This document shows positions 1-9,584 of a stretch of DNA of 64,000 nt, in pieces. Within the stretch, counting starts at the first letter, position 1. Every line of letters starts with the position of its first letter. Below the pieces are notes generated by a model, which worked only from the letters and a program-made list of their open reading frames with translations, ran no database searches and had not been told where the DNA came from. The stretch covers positions 15,559 to 79,558 of the forward strand of contig JACPZX010000067.1 of assembly GCA_016195325.1 (NCBI GenBank). The letters run 5' to 3'. Both the position numbers and the translations under genes were made by a program. The stretch is from Acidobacteriota bacterium (GTDB lineage: Bacteria; Acidobacteriota; Polarisedimenticolia; JACPZX01).

Positions 1-277
1 CGAGGTCCTCAAGGGATGCTACGACCCCGAGATCCCCGTCAACATCCACGAGCTGGGGCTCATCTACCGGGTCGACGTCGACCTGCCGGGCTCCGTCCAC
101 GTCCTCATGACCCTCACCTCCCCCGCCTGCCCCGTCGCGGGATCGCTCCCTCCGGAGGTCGAGCGCAAGATCGCCGGCATCCCGGGAGTGACGGACGTGA
201 AGGTCGAGGTGACGTGGGAGCCGGCGTGGACCCCGGACATGATGTCCGAAGCGGCCAAGCTCCAGCTCAACCTCTGA
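1..277 (+). CDS. DUF59/MIP18-family Fe-S cluster assembly protein (SufT-like), 5'-truncated by window start
   Basis: Frame-2 translation from nt 2 reads EVLKGCYDPEIPVNIHELGLIYRVDVDLPGSVHVLMTLTSPACPVAGS...TWEPAWTPDMMSEAAKLQLNL*. This is the typical DUF59 (FeS_assembly_P) core with the conserved TSPxCP motif. It ends at TGA 275-277. Confidence 0.7.
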   Translation, partial: EVLKGCYDPEIPVNIHELGLIYRVDVDLPGSVHVLMTLTSPACPVAGSLPPEVERKIAGIPGVTDVKVEVTWEPAWTPDMMSEAAKLQLNL

Positions 278-299
278 GGGGCGGGGTGATGCCGGGCTT

Positions 300-866
300 C
301 TACCGGAAGACCTTTTCCCGGTAGAAGCGCAGCTCCTCGATCGACTCCAGGATGTCGTCGAGGGCGCGGTGCGCCTTCCTCTTCTCCGGGGGGATCAGCC
401 CCGGGTACCAGCGCCGGGCCAGCTCCTTGATCGAGGAGACGTCCACGCTCCGGTAGTGAAGGAAGGCCTCGAGCCCGGGCATGTACTTGAAGAGGAACCG
501 CCGATCCTGGCCGATCGAGTTCCCGGCGAGGGGGGACTTCCCCGGCGCGCAGTGCCCCCTCACGAACTCGAGCGTCGCGCGCTCCGCCTCCGCGATCGAG
601 ATCGTCGTCGCGCGCGACGCGGAGATGAGCCCGCTCTCGCCGTGGTGCTTGGTGTTCCACTCGTCCATCGAGTCGAGCACCGCGTCGCTCTGGTGCACGA
701 CCAGGTCGGGCCCCTCCGCGACGACGCCGAGCTGTCCGTCGGTGACGACCGACGCGATCTCGAGGATCGTGGCCGACTCGGGGTGAAGCCCCGTCATCTC
801 CATGTCGATCCAGACGAGCGGATCCACCCCCGCGCCCCCGCCGATCCCGTTCGTCATGACCGCCAT
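300..866 (-). CDS. orn: oligoribonuclease
   Basis: 188 aa. LVWIDMEMTGL...ILEIASVVTD is a DEDDh exonuclease N-terminus with full-length similarity to Orn. TAG stop. Confidence 0.85.
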   Translation of the reverse strand: MAVMTNGIGGGAGVDPLVWIDMEMTGLHPESATILEIASVVTDGQLGVVAEGPDLVVHQSDAVLDSMDEWNTKHHGESGLISASRATTISIAEAERATLEFVRGHCAPGKSPLAGNSIGQDRRFLFKYMPGLEAFLHYRSVDVSSIKELARRWYPGLIPPEKRKAHRALDDILESIEELRFYREKVFR

Positions 867-899
867 GCTATCCGATCGGCGAAGGGAACCAGAAGCGCG

Positions 900-2529
900 T
901 CACCTCCCCGGATCGCGCGGGACGATCCGGTAGAGTTTGTCGCCCGCGGGCACCCTCACGAACGTCCGCTCGAGGGCGCTCCGCTCGGCATCGACGATCG
1001 GGTCGGCCGGAGCGTCGAGAAAGCGGGAGGTGACGTAGACCTCCCTCCCGGAGGCGAGCGCCGCGCGGACCGACGCCACGAGGTCCGAGGGGCCGCCGCC
1101 CCCCGGTGTCTCCGCGCCCGGGGTGGTCCCCCCCGGCGTCACCGCCGCGACCTCCACCCCGGGGGCGTAATACTCGAGGTTGGCTCCGTCCCACGAGGCG
1201 ACGACGAGGCTCCCCTTCGGAATGCGACGCGCCGCCTCCCGCGCGAAGGCGTCGTTCTCGACGGTCAGTTTCCAGCGCTCCCGGTCCACGACGTCCCGCG
1301 AGATCCAGAGCCCGGCGGCGACCGCGGCGGCGAGGGCGAGCGCCCCCACGGCCACCCGACCGCTTCCGGGGGGCCGCGCGCCGAGACGGGCGGCGACGAG
1401 GGCGAGCGGAGGCACGATGAAGACGCTGAACTGACCGTAGAAGTGATCCCACGCCATGAAGAAGAGCAGGTTCGTCGCCAGCCACGGGACGACGAAGGTC
1501 GCGAGCGGATCGAGCCGCGAGGCGCCGTGACGCGTGCGAACGCGTTCGACGCAGAGCAGGGCGAGCGAGAGGCCGGCGACCACGAGCAGCGGGAGCCCCG
1601 CGAGAGCCAGGAACGGAGGGAGATACGGGGCGCGCGTCCACGCGACGATCCCCGTCGCGCCGGCGCCCGCGCCCCAGAGCGCGGGCTCGATCGGCGCCTC
1701 TGGGCTTCCGCGCCGGCGCGCGAGGAACGCGAGCGCCGCCCCCGCGGCGATCAGGGCGAGGATTGCGAGCGCCGCGCGCGGCGCGAGGAGCTGCTCCGGG
1801 CGGAGCTCGTGGAGAAACGCGTACGTGCCGAAGACGGTGTGAAGCACGCCGCGGAGGTACGCCGCCGCGCCGGGGGACGCGGCGACGACCCACGCGTACA
1901 GCGGCGCCGCGACGGCGGCCGCCCTTAGCGCGCCAAGACCCGCCCGGCGGCGATCGCCGCGCCGATCGGGTTCCGCCAGGAGGCTCACGGCGCAGGGAAC
2001 GGCCAGGAGCGCCGCGGTGACGTGGGCGCCGATCGCGAGCCCCCAGAAGATCCCGAACACCGCGTAGCGGCGCTTCAGCCAGAAGAGCGCGGCGATCATC
2101 ACGAGAAGGAGGGCGACGGTGTACTTCTCGACGATCGCGGCCATGAAGAGGAAGATCGGGCTGGAGCCGACGAGCAGGACGCCCCACCACGCGCCGGAGC
2201 GCGAGCCGCCGCCCAGCTCGCGCGCGAGGAGCCACGCCGCGACGAGCATCCCCCACGCGAAGAGGGCGGACCAGAGGGCCAGGAGCCGCATCAGCGCCGC
2301 CCGATCGCCGCCGAGGGCGCCGTTCACCACGGCGACCGCCTGCCCCAGGAAGACGTACGTCGGCTTGCCGTCGAGGAATCCCGGGCGGAAGTCGGCCACG
2401 GAGATGGCGCAGATGAGCGAGTCGATCGTGGCGGCGAACGGAAAGGTTCTCGCGAGGAGGGCGGCGAGGAGGAGGGCGAAGGCCGCCGCCGTGACGAGCC
2501 GCGCCGGCCGGGATCGCGCGGCGTCCATG
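900..2529 (-). CDS. ArnT/PMT (GT39)-like polytopic membrane glycosyltransferase, paralog 1
   Basis: 543 aa starting at MDAARSRPARLVTAAAFALLL. There are multiple TM segments plus a C-terminal soluble domain. The in-frame sequence upstream of this Met is R/G-rich junk. Confidence 0.6.
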
Positions 2530-2530
2530 G

Positions 2531-3739
2531 TCACAGCGCCGGAAGCGAGCTGGCGCTTTCCGGATCCTCTTCGCCCTTCTTCCCGAGGAGCCTCGCCCTC
2601 GTGATGGCGGCCTCTCCGAAGGCGTGGCGCACGGCGTCCTCGGCCGCCGCGGCGCGCTCCCCGAGCGCCCGCTCGGGATCGGGGAAGAGATCCGGCTGAT
2701 CGATCGCGCAGGCGGGCTCGAGATGGGAGACGCCGAGGCCGAGGAGCCTCACCCCTTTCCCTCCCAGGTCGACCCTCTCCCTGAGGAGAGCCGTGGCCAC
2801 CGCGTGGATCTCGCCGGCGAAGCGCGTCGGTCCCCCGAGCGTGACGGAGCGCGTCCAGGTCGTGAAATCCCCCGCTCTCACCTTCAAGCTGACCGTCCAC
2901 CCCTGCAGGCCGTCGTCCCTCAGCTTCCTCGCGACGCCGTCCGCGCGCGCGAGGAGCTGCCGCCCGATCTCGCCCTCGTCGGTGAGGTCCACCGCGTACG
3001 TGCGCTCCTCGCTGATCGACTTCGCCTCGCGAGACGGCTCGACCTTTCGATCGTCGCGGCCGGCGGCGAGGGCGCGTAGGTGATCCGTCAGCCGATCGCC
3101 GAGCCGGGCGCCGAGGCGTGCGCGCGGGGCGCGCAGGATGTCTCCCACCGTCCGGAGACCCAGGCCCTTGAGGGAGTCGGCCGTCTTCGGCCCGACCCCC
3201 CAGAGGGCCCGCACCGGGAGGGGCCAGAGGCGCGACGGGACGTCCTCGATCGGGAGGACGACGAGACCGTCGGGCTTGTCCAGCTCGGAGGCGATCTTCG
3301 CGAGGAACTTGTTCGGCGCGACGCCGACGGACGCGGTGAGCCCCTCCTCCGCTCGAATCCTTTCCTTGAGACGCCGCCCCGCGGCCCCGGCGTCCTGAAG
3401 CGATCGGGAGATGCCGGTCAGGTCGAGAAAGGCCTCGTCGATCGAGAGGGGCTCGACCACGGGGGAGAAGTCGTCGAGGAGGCGCAGGATCCTCCGCGAG
3501 ACCTCGACGTAGAGCTCCATGCGGCCGGGAAGCCACGTCCCCCCGGGGCAGAGGCGTTCCGCCGTGACGCTAGGCATCGCGCTCCGCACGCCGAATTCCC
3601 GCGCCTCGTAGGAGCAGGTGGAGACGACGCCGCGGGGGCCGCGGTGCCCGATGATGAGGGGAAGTCCCGCGAGCTTCGGATTCTCTCGCACCTCGACCGA
3701 GGCGTAGAAGGCGTCCATGTCGAGGTGGAGGACGATCAA
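2531..3739 (-). CDS. dinB: DNA polymerase IV (Y-family translesion polymerase)
   Basis: IVLHLDMDAFYASVEVRENPKL...SIDEAFLDLTG...GVGPKT are canonical DinB motifs. The likely TTG start at 3739 gives MIVLHLDMD. The alternative ATG at 3718 would start at MDAFYAS. Confidence 0.85.
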   Translation of the reverse strand: MIVLHLDMDAFYASVEVRENPKLAGLPLIIGHRGPRGVVSTCSYEAREFGVRSAMPSVTAERLCPGGTWLPGRMELYVEVSRRILRLLDDFSPVVEPLSIDEAFLDLTGISRSLQDAGAAGRRLKERIRAEEGLTASVGVAPNKFLAKIASELDKPDGLVVLPIEDVPSRLWPLPVRALWGVGPKTADSLKGLGLRTVGDILRAPRARLGARLGDRLTDHLRALAAGRDDRKVEPSREAKSISEERTYAVDLTDEGEIGRQLLARADGVARKLRDDGLQGWTVSLKVRAGDFTTWTRSVTLGGPTRFAGEIHAVATALLRERVDLGGKGVRLLGLGVSHLEPACAIDQPDLFPDPERALGERAAAAEDAVRHAFGEAAITRARLLGKKGEEDPESASSLPAL

Positions 3740-4119
3740 AACTTGGTCAGGCGCCTTTTCGCGGCCGCCTCTTCCTCGGCGGTCGGGATGTGGGTCACCG
3801 CCTTCGTCACCGGCGTCATGTAGATGAACCCCTTGCCGGGGAGATCCATCTGCCCCGCCTCGATCATCGCCTCGAAGATGGCGTCGGCCCTCTCCGCGGC
3901 CGCGACGATGTCGATGACCTCCTTCTCCGGGCTGATCGCGACCTTGAGGAGGACCATCAGCCGCTCGCGGATCCCCGAGCCCCGCGCGAAGTGGATCGTC
4001 GCGGCCGGGGCGCCGGCGCGCATCGCGGCCTTCACGACCTCGTCGGCTCGTCCCCGCTCGACGATGCACGTGATGAGCTGAAGGTTCGTGAGGTACTTGC
4101 GCTTGCGCGGCTCCGTCAT
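3736..4119 (-). CDS. P-II (GlnB)-like signal-transduction protein
   Basis: 127 aa. LQLITCIVERGRADEVVKAAMRAGAPAATIHFARGSGIRER fits the GlnB/P-II fold with a T-loop-like RGSGxRER segment. It overlaps the dinB start and the DUF1538 gene stop by 4 nt. Confidence 0.65.
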   Translation of the reverse strand: MTEPRKRKYLTNLQLITCIVERGRADEVVKAAMRAGAPAATIHFARGSGIRERLMVLLKVAISPEKEVIDIVAAAERADAIFEAMIEAGQMDLPGKGFIYMTPVTKAVTHIPTAEEEAAAKRRLTKF

Positions 4120-5774
4120 GCGGCGGCCCCGCGAACGGCCGGCTCATGGCTCGGCGCGGTCCGGAGGAGAAGGCCGACGGTGAGCACCGAGACCACCGGC
4201 CCGGCGCTCGCGAGGCTCAGGATCCCGAAGCCGTCGGCCGCCCCGGGAAGGTTGCCGCTGAGGCCGAGCCCGATGGCGACGACCAGCGGCACGGTGAAGG
4301 GCCCCGTCGTCGTGGCCCCGGCGTCCCACCCGATGCTGACGAACTCCTCCGTCGAGACGAGCGAGAGGACGAGCAGCAGCAGGTACGTCGGGACGAGGAG
4401 CCACGCGAACGGAATCTCGAAGATGATCCGGGCCACGCCGAGCGCCATCCCGGCGCCGACGCCGAAGGCGACCGCCTGCACGAGGAGCGCCTTGCGGAAG
4501 GCGCCGACCGTGATCTGCTCGACCTGCAGGCCCATCGAGTTCAGCGCGGGCTCGGCGAGCGTCGCTCCGTATCCCAGAAGGAGCGCGAAGACGAGGATGA
4601 TCCCCTTCCCCACCGCGCTCCCGTACAGGGGGCCGAACGCGACAGGCGGAGTCCCGAGGAGGACCCGCGCGAAGGCGCCGGGGGCGACCCCCCCGACCTG
4701 ATCGCCGAGGGGGGTCAGCCCGGCGGCGAGCCCCACGTTGAACAGCACCAGCCCGAAGAGGGCGAAGGAGAGGCCGACCGCGACCTCGTCGCCGGCCGCG
4801 ATCCGCTCGCGCAGGAGGAAGACTTGCACCGCGAAGAGGAAGATCGTGAGGGGCAGGATCGCCTGCGACGACGAGATGAGGGCGTCGAGCCATGGGCCGG
4901 CGGGCGCGCCCGCCCCGGGCCCGGCTGCCGCGGCCGCGACCGCCGCGACGCCGTGTCCGGCCGCTCCCGAGTAGTGGATCAAGAAGGCGACGCCGAGCGT
5001 CGCGAGGATCGGGAAAAGCGAGATGAGCGTCACCGCGCCGAACCCCGACATCCCGGTGTCGACGCGCCCGGACGCGTTGCACACGCCGAGGCCGAGGCCG
5101 AGGACGAGCGGCACCGTGATGGGGCCGACGATGACGGCGCCGAAATCCCACGCGAGGCCGATGATCCCGCGGAGCGCCGGGACGGCGTACGCCCACGCGG
5201 TCAGCCCGAGGAGCAGGAGGACGATCGGCACGAGGAGGCGCTTGAGGGGCCAGTTGAGGAGGAAGCGCAGCGTGCCGAGGAGGACCGCGGTCCCGACCGC
5301 GGCGGCGACCGCCGCCGCGAGCGCCCCCGCGTAGCGGTTCAACAGCGCGTGGAGAAGAGGCGCCTGCGCCTCGTCGATCCCGGCGCCGGCCGCCCGCAGC
5401 GCGCCCATCGCGGGCTCCGCGTACGTCGCCCCGACCCCCACGAGGAAGGCGAAGCCGAGGATTGTCGGGAGGGAGGTCCTCTTCGGGAGCGAGTTGCCGA
5501 TCGCCTCGCCGACGGGCATCAGCCAGAGCCTGAGCCCATCCATGAAGAAGAGGAGGCCGATGACCACCGCGAGGACGGCCAGGCAGATCGGAATCGAGTG
5601 GAGGATCGAGGTTCGCAGGATCACGACCTGGAAGAGAAGCAGGTACGCGATCACCGGGAGGACCGAGCGGAGCTGCTCGACGAGGCGGGCGCGGAAATGG
5701 TGACCGAGGATCGTGCAGGCCTCGGCGAAGGAGACGCGGATCCTCCCCTCGCCGTGAAGCTGCTCGTAGGTCAT
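4116..5774 (-). CDS. tandem DUF1538-domain polytopic membrane protein (putative transporter)
   Basis: Starts at MTYEQLHGEG. There are two internal repeats, each with a GATYAEPA / GATLAEPALN signature and many TM helices. It is co-transcribed with the P-II-like gene. Confidence 0.6.
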   Translation of the reverse strand: MTYEQLHGEGRIRVSFAEACTILGHHFRARLVEQLRSVLPVIAYLLLFQVVILRTSILHSIPICLAVLAVVIGLLFFMDGLRLWLMPVGEAIGNSLPKRTSLPTILGFAFLVGVGATYAEPAMGALRAAGAGIDEAQAPLLHALLNRYAGALAAAVAAAVGTAVLLGTLRFLLNWPLKRLLVPIVLLLLGLTAWAYAVPALRGIIGLAWDFGAVIVGPITVPLVLGLGLGVCNASGRVDTGMSGFGAVTLISLFPILATLGVAFLIHYSGAAGHGVAAVAAAAAGPGAGAPAGPWLDALISSSQAILPLTIFLFAVQVFLLRERIAAGDEVAVGLSFALFGLVLFNVGLAAGLTPLGDQVGGVAPGAFARVLLGTPPVAFGPLYGSAVGKGIILVFALLLGYGATLAEPALNSMGLQVEQITVGAFRKALLVQAVAFGVGAGMALGVARIIFEIPFAWLLVPTYLLLLVLSLVSTEEFVSIGWDAGATTTGPFTVPLVVAIGLGLSGNLPGAADGFGILSLASAGPVVSVLTVGLLLRTAPSHEPAVRGAAA

Positions 5775-5917
5775 CTCGATCGACGGGCGACGCGCCAACC
5801 TCGAACCCTCCCCTGGGGCGCGGAAAGCGGGCACCTTACACGAACCGCGGAGGATTCCTCAACCGACCCCGCCGGGTGTTAGTCTGCGGCCATGACGCTC
5901 GCGAGGACCGCCGGTCC

Positions 5918-6565
5918 GTGATCCGCGACATCACGAGGCCGCTGGGGACGGGGTTCCCGTCCTGGCCGGGCGATCCGCCCGTCGAGATCACGCGGATCGC
6001 CTCGATGTCGGCGGGGGGTGCGTGCGACGTCTCCCGCCTCTCTTTCGGCGCGCACGCCGGGACGCACGTCGACGCGCCGTCCCACGTCCGCCCCGGGGGA
6101 GGCGCGATCGACTCGGTCGCGCTCGACTCTCTGATCGGGGACGCGCGCGTCATCCATCTTCCGGGGGACGCCCCCATCGGATGGGATGCGATCTCGCGCC
6201 ACCTCGAGGGGGCCGGGCCGGGGGCGCTCCACGGAGGTCGGCTCCTGATCCGGACAGGAAGCGCCGAGACCGTCCCGTACCTCCCGCCTTCCTTCGCGAG
6301 CCTGACCCCCGAGGCGGCCCGCCGCCTCGTCGAGCGCGGCGTGCGCCTGGTGGGGATCGACACACCCTCCGTCGACGCTCCGGGCGCCGCCGGCCTTCCG
6401 GTGCACCGGGTCTTCGCCGAGGCGGACGTGGCGGTCCTCGAGTGGCTCGACCTTCGCGCGATCGCTCCGGGCCGATACCACCTCGTGGCGCTCCCCCTCA
6501 GGCTCACCGGGGTCGAGGCCTCCCCGATCCGCGCGATCCTGATCGATCCCCCGCCGGCGGGATGA
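5918..6565 (+). CDS. putative cyclase-family protein (kynurenine formamidase-like)
   Basis: IRDITRPLGTGFPSWPGDPP...HAGTHVDAPSH...GIDTPSVD matches cyclase-family (PF04199) motifs. The GTG start at 5918 is preferred over the ORF-track start at 5876. Confidence 0.65.
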   Translation: MIRDITRPLGTGFPSWPGDPPVEITRIASMSAGGACDVSRLSFGAHAGTHVDAPSHVRPGGGAIDSVALDSLIGDARVIHLPGDAPIGWDAISRHLEGAGPGALHGGRLLIRTGSAETVPYLPPSFASLTPEAARRLVERGVRLVGIDTPSVDAPGAAGLPVHRVFAEADVAVLEWLDLRAIAPGRYHLVALPLRLTGVEASPIRAILIDPPPAG

Positions 6566-6577
6566 CGCGGCGGACGT

Positions 6578-7936
6578 CTACGGCTCGAGCAGCAGGTGGA
6601 GGATCGCGTCGTGAAAGGCCGGGCTCTGCGTCAGCCCCTTGTGCGACTCGCAGAGGAACATCGCCGTGGGAGTCGGGACACCCTGAAGGAGGCTCGCGCG
6701 CGTCACCGTGTCGTCCCCCGGCGCGCTCATCACCCCCGAAAGCGCCGGCGTCCCCAGTCCCGGCGGCAGGTCGGCGGGATCGAAGTACGTATGGTAGGCC
6801 GACCCGTCGAACTGAACGACGGCGCGCGACGGCGTGGGGGTGCAGTCCCCCCCGAGCGCGGCGTAGCGCACCCGCCCCTCGAGGTCCCACTCCCCCTCGA
6901 GAGCCTCCCGAAAGCGCCGCGCCCGATCGAGCGCCCACCTGGCGAACCGGCGTGACGCCTCCATCCTCTCGAGGTAGACCTTCTCCGACCCCTCGCGGCC
7001 GATCCTCGCCCGGAGCTTGTCGCGAAGATCCCGCCGGGCGTCCGGGCTGAAGACCGACCAGCCGAGCTTCTCCCAAGTGGCCACGTCGTAGATGTCGTCC
7101 GCGACAGGCGCGCCGTCCACGTCGACGAGGTAGCTCGGCCCCGGCGCCGGGAGGAGCTGGTAGGCCGCGGGCATCGTGAAGATCGCCTCGGGGGGGAGGA
7201 GCCTCGGCACGCGCTCGCCTTCGAGGAGCGACCTCAGGGCGTCGAGGGTCCCTCCGTTCGGTGTCCCCAGGAGGATGACGGTCCCGACGTGCGGCGCCCC
7301 CGCGAAGGTGGGCGCCGACGGCTCCCCCGCGAGGACGTCGCGGCCGCCGTGCCTCACGTAGTAGCGCGCGACGAGGCCGCCGAGGCTGTGCGCGACGAGA
7401 TCGACCTTCCCTCCCGGATCTCCTCGGGCCGAGAGGACGCGATCGATCGCGGCGCCCAGCGCGGCCGCCGTCTCCGGAACGTCCCGGCGCCAGTCGTAGT
7501 CGAACGCGTAGAGATCGGCGCCGGGGCGCGGGTCGTGGATGTCGCCCGGCACGAATCCCCCGGCGTCGCGCAGCGCGCGGATCAGCTTGAGGTAGTACTC
7601 GTGACCCGCCACCTTTTCGATGGGGCCGTCGGGGACGAGCCCGTCCCGATTCCGGAGCGGATCGTCCGCGTCGATCGGGAGATCGAGGAGATCCTTCCCC
7701 GGGTGCGAGGGCCGATAGAGCTTCGCGAGGAACGACACCGCGTTCCCCCAGACGACGCGACCGGTGATCGAGTCCCTCAGGCGCGAGCCGAAGACTCCCG
7801 GAATGAAGACGACCGCGCGCCTGGGCCGGGCCTCGCCGTGATAGATGCCGACCAGATCCGGGTGCATGACCGCGCACGCTGCGACCGCCATCGTCGCCGC
7901 CAGGAGAAGCGGTGCGCGCCGCGCCGCGTCACTCAC
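6578..7936 (-). CDS. secreted alpha/beta hydrolase, LCAT/PGAP1-like lipase family (lipoprotein signal)
   Basis: 452 aa. Signal peptide with AVAAC lipobox. The VDLVAHSLGGLV nucleophile elbow (GHSxG-type) is embedded in a lecithin:cholesterol-acyltransferase-like fold. Confidence 0.55.
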   Translation of the reverse strand: MSDAARRAPLLLAATMAVAACAVMHPDLVGIYHGEARPRRAVVFIPGVFGSRLRDSITGRVVWGNAVSFLAKLYRPSHPGKDLLDLPIDADDPLRNRDGLVPDGPIEKVAGHEYYLKLIRALRDAGGFVPGDIHDPRPGADLYAFDYDWRRDVPETAAALGAAIDRVLSARGDPGGKVDLVAHSLGGLVARYYVRHGGRDVLAGEPSAPTFAGAPHVGTVILLGTPNGGTLDALRSLLEGERVPRLLPPEAIFTMPAAYQLLPAPGPSYLVDVDGAPVADDIYDVATWEKLGWSVFSPDARRDLRDKLRARIGREGSEKVYLERMEASRRFARWALDRARRFREALEGEWDLEGRVRYAALGGDCTPTPSRAVVQFDGSAYHTYFDPADLPPGLGTPALSGVMSAPGDDTVTRASLLQGVPTPTAMFLCESHKGLTQSPAFHDAILHLLLEP

Positions 7937-8531
7937 ACCGCGCCCCCACCTCGACCGTGAAGTCGCGCTCGTCGGGGAAGGTCCCCTTCACGAGCGCTTC
8001 GATCTGGAGGATGCGCGTCGCGCAGGGGCTCGGGACCGCATCGAGGCGGATCCATCGATCCTCCGGCGCCAGCGGGAAGGGCATCGCGATCCAGTTCCGC
8101 GCGCCGGGGAAGTGCGACCCCTCCTTGCGGGTGAAGATCGCCGTGTCGTAGCGCACCTTGAGCCACGCGGCCCCCGCCGGAACCGTCCCCTCGTAGATCG
8201 TCCGCTTCCGTCCCTTGTCCGTGAGAATCAGCGTGGCCGGATCGTCCTCCTTCCGCGCGATCAGCTCCTTCTTGCTGATGTCGATGGCGCGCCCCGGGAG
8301 ATTCTTCCCCTCGATCGGCCGGCCGTAGGTGATCGTCTTGAGCTCCTGGAGCGCGCGATAGTCGGGGCGACCCGAGTTCGGATCGACGGGACCGTCGCCG
8401 CAGAAGACGAGCTTCACGTAGAAGATCCCCGCGTCCTCGTCCTGCACCTTGACGACCGGCAGCGAGTTCTTGAAGACGATGCGCCACGGCGTTTCGGAGG
8501 CGGGGGCCGGGTCCGGGGGGGCCGCGAGCAT
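7929..8531 (-). CDS. hypothetical secreted protein
   Basis: 200 aa from ATG 8531 (or TTG 8552 giving MILGILLMLAAP). The N-terminus is hydrophobic and there are no recognisable motifs. The N-terminal 280 aa of the ORF-track entry is R/G junk. Confidence 0.4.
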   Translation of the reverse strand: MLAAPPDPAPASETPWRIVFKNSLPVVKVQDEDAGIFYVKLVFCGDGPVDPNSGRPDYRALQELKTITYGRPIEGKNLPGRAIDISKKELIARKEDDPATLILTDKGRKRTIYEGTVPAGAAWLKVRYDTAIFTRKEGSHFPGARNWIAMPFPLAPEDRWIRLDAVPSPCATRILQIEALVKGTFPDERDFTVEVGARCE

Positions 8532-8548
8532 CAGCAGGATGCCGAGGA

Positions 8549-9556
8549 TCAACGCGCCCTCGGCCCCGCCGCGAGGATGCGCGCGAGGAGCGCCGGATCG
8601 TCCGGCAGCAGCACCGAGCCCGGCAGGCGCGGGACGAGCGCCAGCCACGCCGCGTTCATGCGGAAGCAGCGGGCGAAGACCGGGATCGACTCGTCCACGC
8701 GCTTCATCGAGACGAGCGCGACCGCGTGCCAGAAGACGAACTCGTCGCTTCCGGGGACGAGCTCCTCCGCCTGCGAGTAGAGCTTCAGCGCGTCCTCCGC
8801 GCGGTTCTCGGTGACGGCGTCGTCCCCCGCGTTCTCGACGCGGTAGGCGCGCGCCAGCCCCACGAGCCGGCGCAGCTCCACGATGGGATCGGGGTGATCG
8901 TCGACGCGGAGATCGAAGAGACGGTCCTTCCACGGAGAGGCCGACCTCTTCGGCCCGACGACGAGGAGCGCGGCCGACTGGCGCCCCCGGATGTCCCCGC
9001 CGGCCTTCTGCGCCGCCTCGAGCGCGGCGAGCATCCGCTCCGCGAGATCCCCCTTCGAGCGCTCGAACGCCTCGGCCATCGCGGGCCAGACCGACGCGTC
9101 GGCCATCAGGTTCGCCTGGGCGGAGAAGCCGGCGCCGGTCTTGTGCCCGGCCGCGGCGATGCAGTGGCTTCCGGTGTGCGCCGCGACCTTCCCCGACGCG
9201 TCGACCATCGCGACCTGCCGCACGTCCTGGTGCTCGTCCTTCGCCAGCAGCGCGGCCAGCGCCTCGGGGGCGCTCTTCCCCTCCTTCATGAGCGCGAGGC
9301 CGAGGGGTCCGTAGCTCGCCTCGACGAAGCTCTGGGTCGCGACCGCGCCGACCCCCGGCTCGGCCCACGGGACGACCGCGCCCACGGAGAACCAGTGCGA
9401 CTGCACGGCGACGCCCATCTCCCCCGTCGCCTCGTCGCGCGCGACGATCGAGAAGGTGTGGACCGGGCGCGCGAAGGAGGACTCCTCCGCGCGGAGGGAG
9501 CCCCCGGTGATGAGCCAGCCGGAGACGAGAGCGACGGTGACGACGCTTCGGCGCAT
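8549..9556 (-). CDS. DUF1028-family Ntn-hydrolase-like protein (secreted)
   Basis: Signal peptide followed by HTFSIVARDEATGEMGVAVQSHWFSVG. This is the hallmark FSIVARD N-terminal nucleophile motif of DUF1028. Confidence 0.6.
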   Translation of the reverse strand: MRRSVVTVALVSGWLITGGSLRAEESSFARPVHTFSIVARDEATGEMGVAVQSHWFSVGAVVPWAEPGVGAVATQSFVEASYGPLGLALMKEGKSAPEALAALLAKDEHQDVRQVAMVDASGKVAAHTGSHCIAAAGHKTGAGFSAQANLMADASVWPAMAEAFERSKGDLAERMLAALEAAQKAGGDIRGRQSAALLVVGPKRSASPWKDRLFDLRVDDHPDPIVELRRLVGLARAYRVENAGDDAVTENRAEDALKLYSQAEELVPGSDEFVFWHAVALVSMKRVDESIPVFARCFRMNAAWLALVPRLPGSVLLPDDPALLARILAAGPRAR

Positions 9557-9584
9557 GGGATCCTCCTTGAAGGAAGGCCTCATT

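Noticed and set aside
369-1928. Many long ORFs antisense to, or out of frame with, called genes. Examples: 369-1928+, 868-2256-, 4146-5882+, 6504-7877-, 10035-11249+, 14068-15630+, 18769-20226+, 40720-43272+, 52468-54159+.
   Set aside because: Their translations are dominated by R/G/P/A/D/E runs with no motifs. This is expected from stop-codon depletion in 70% GC DNA. Each overlaps a gene with strong homology evidence on another frame or strand.
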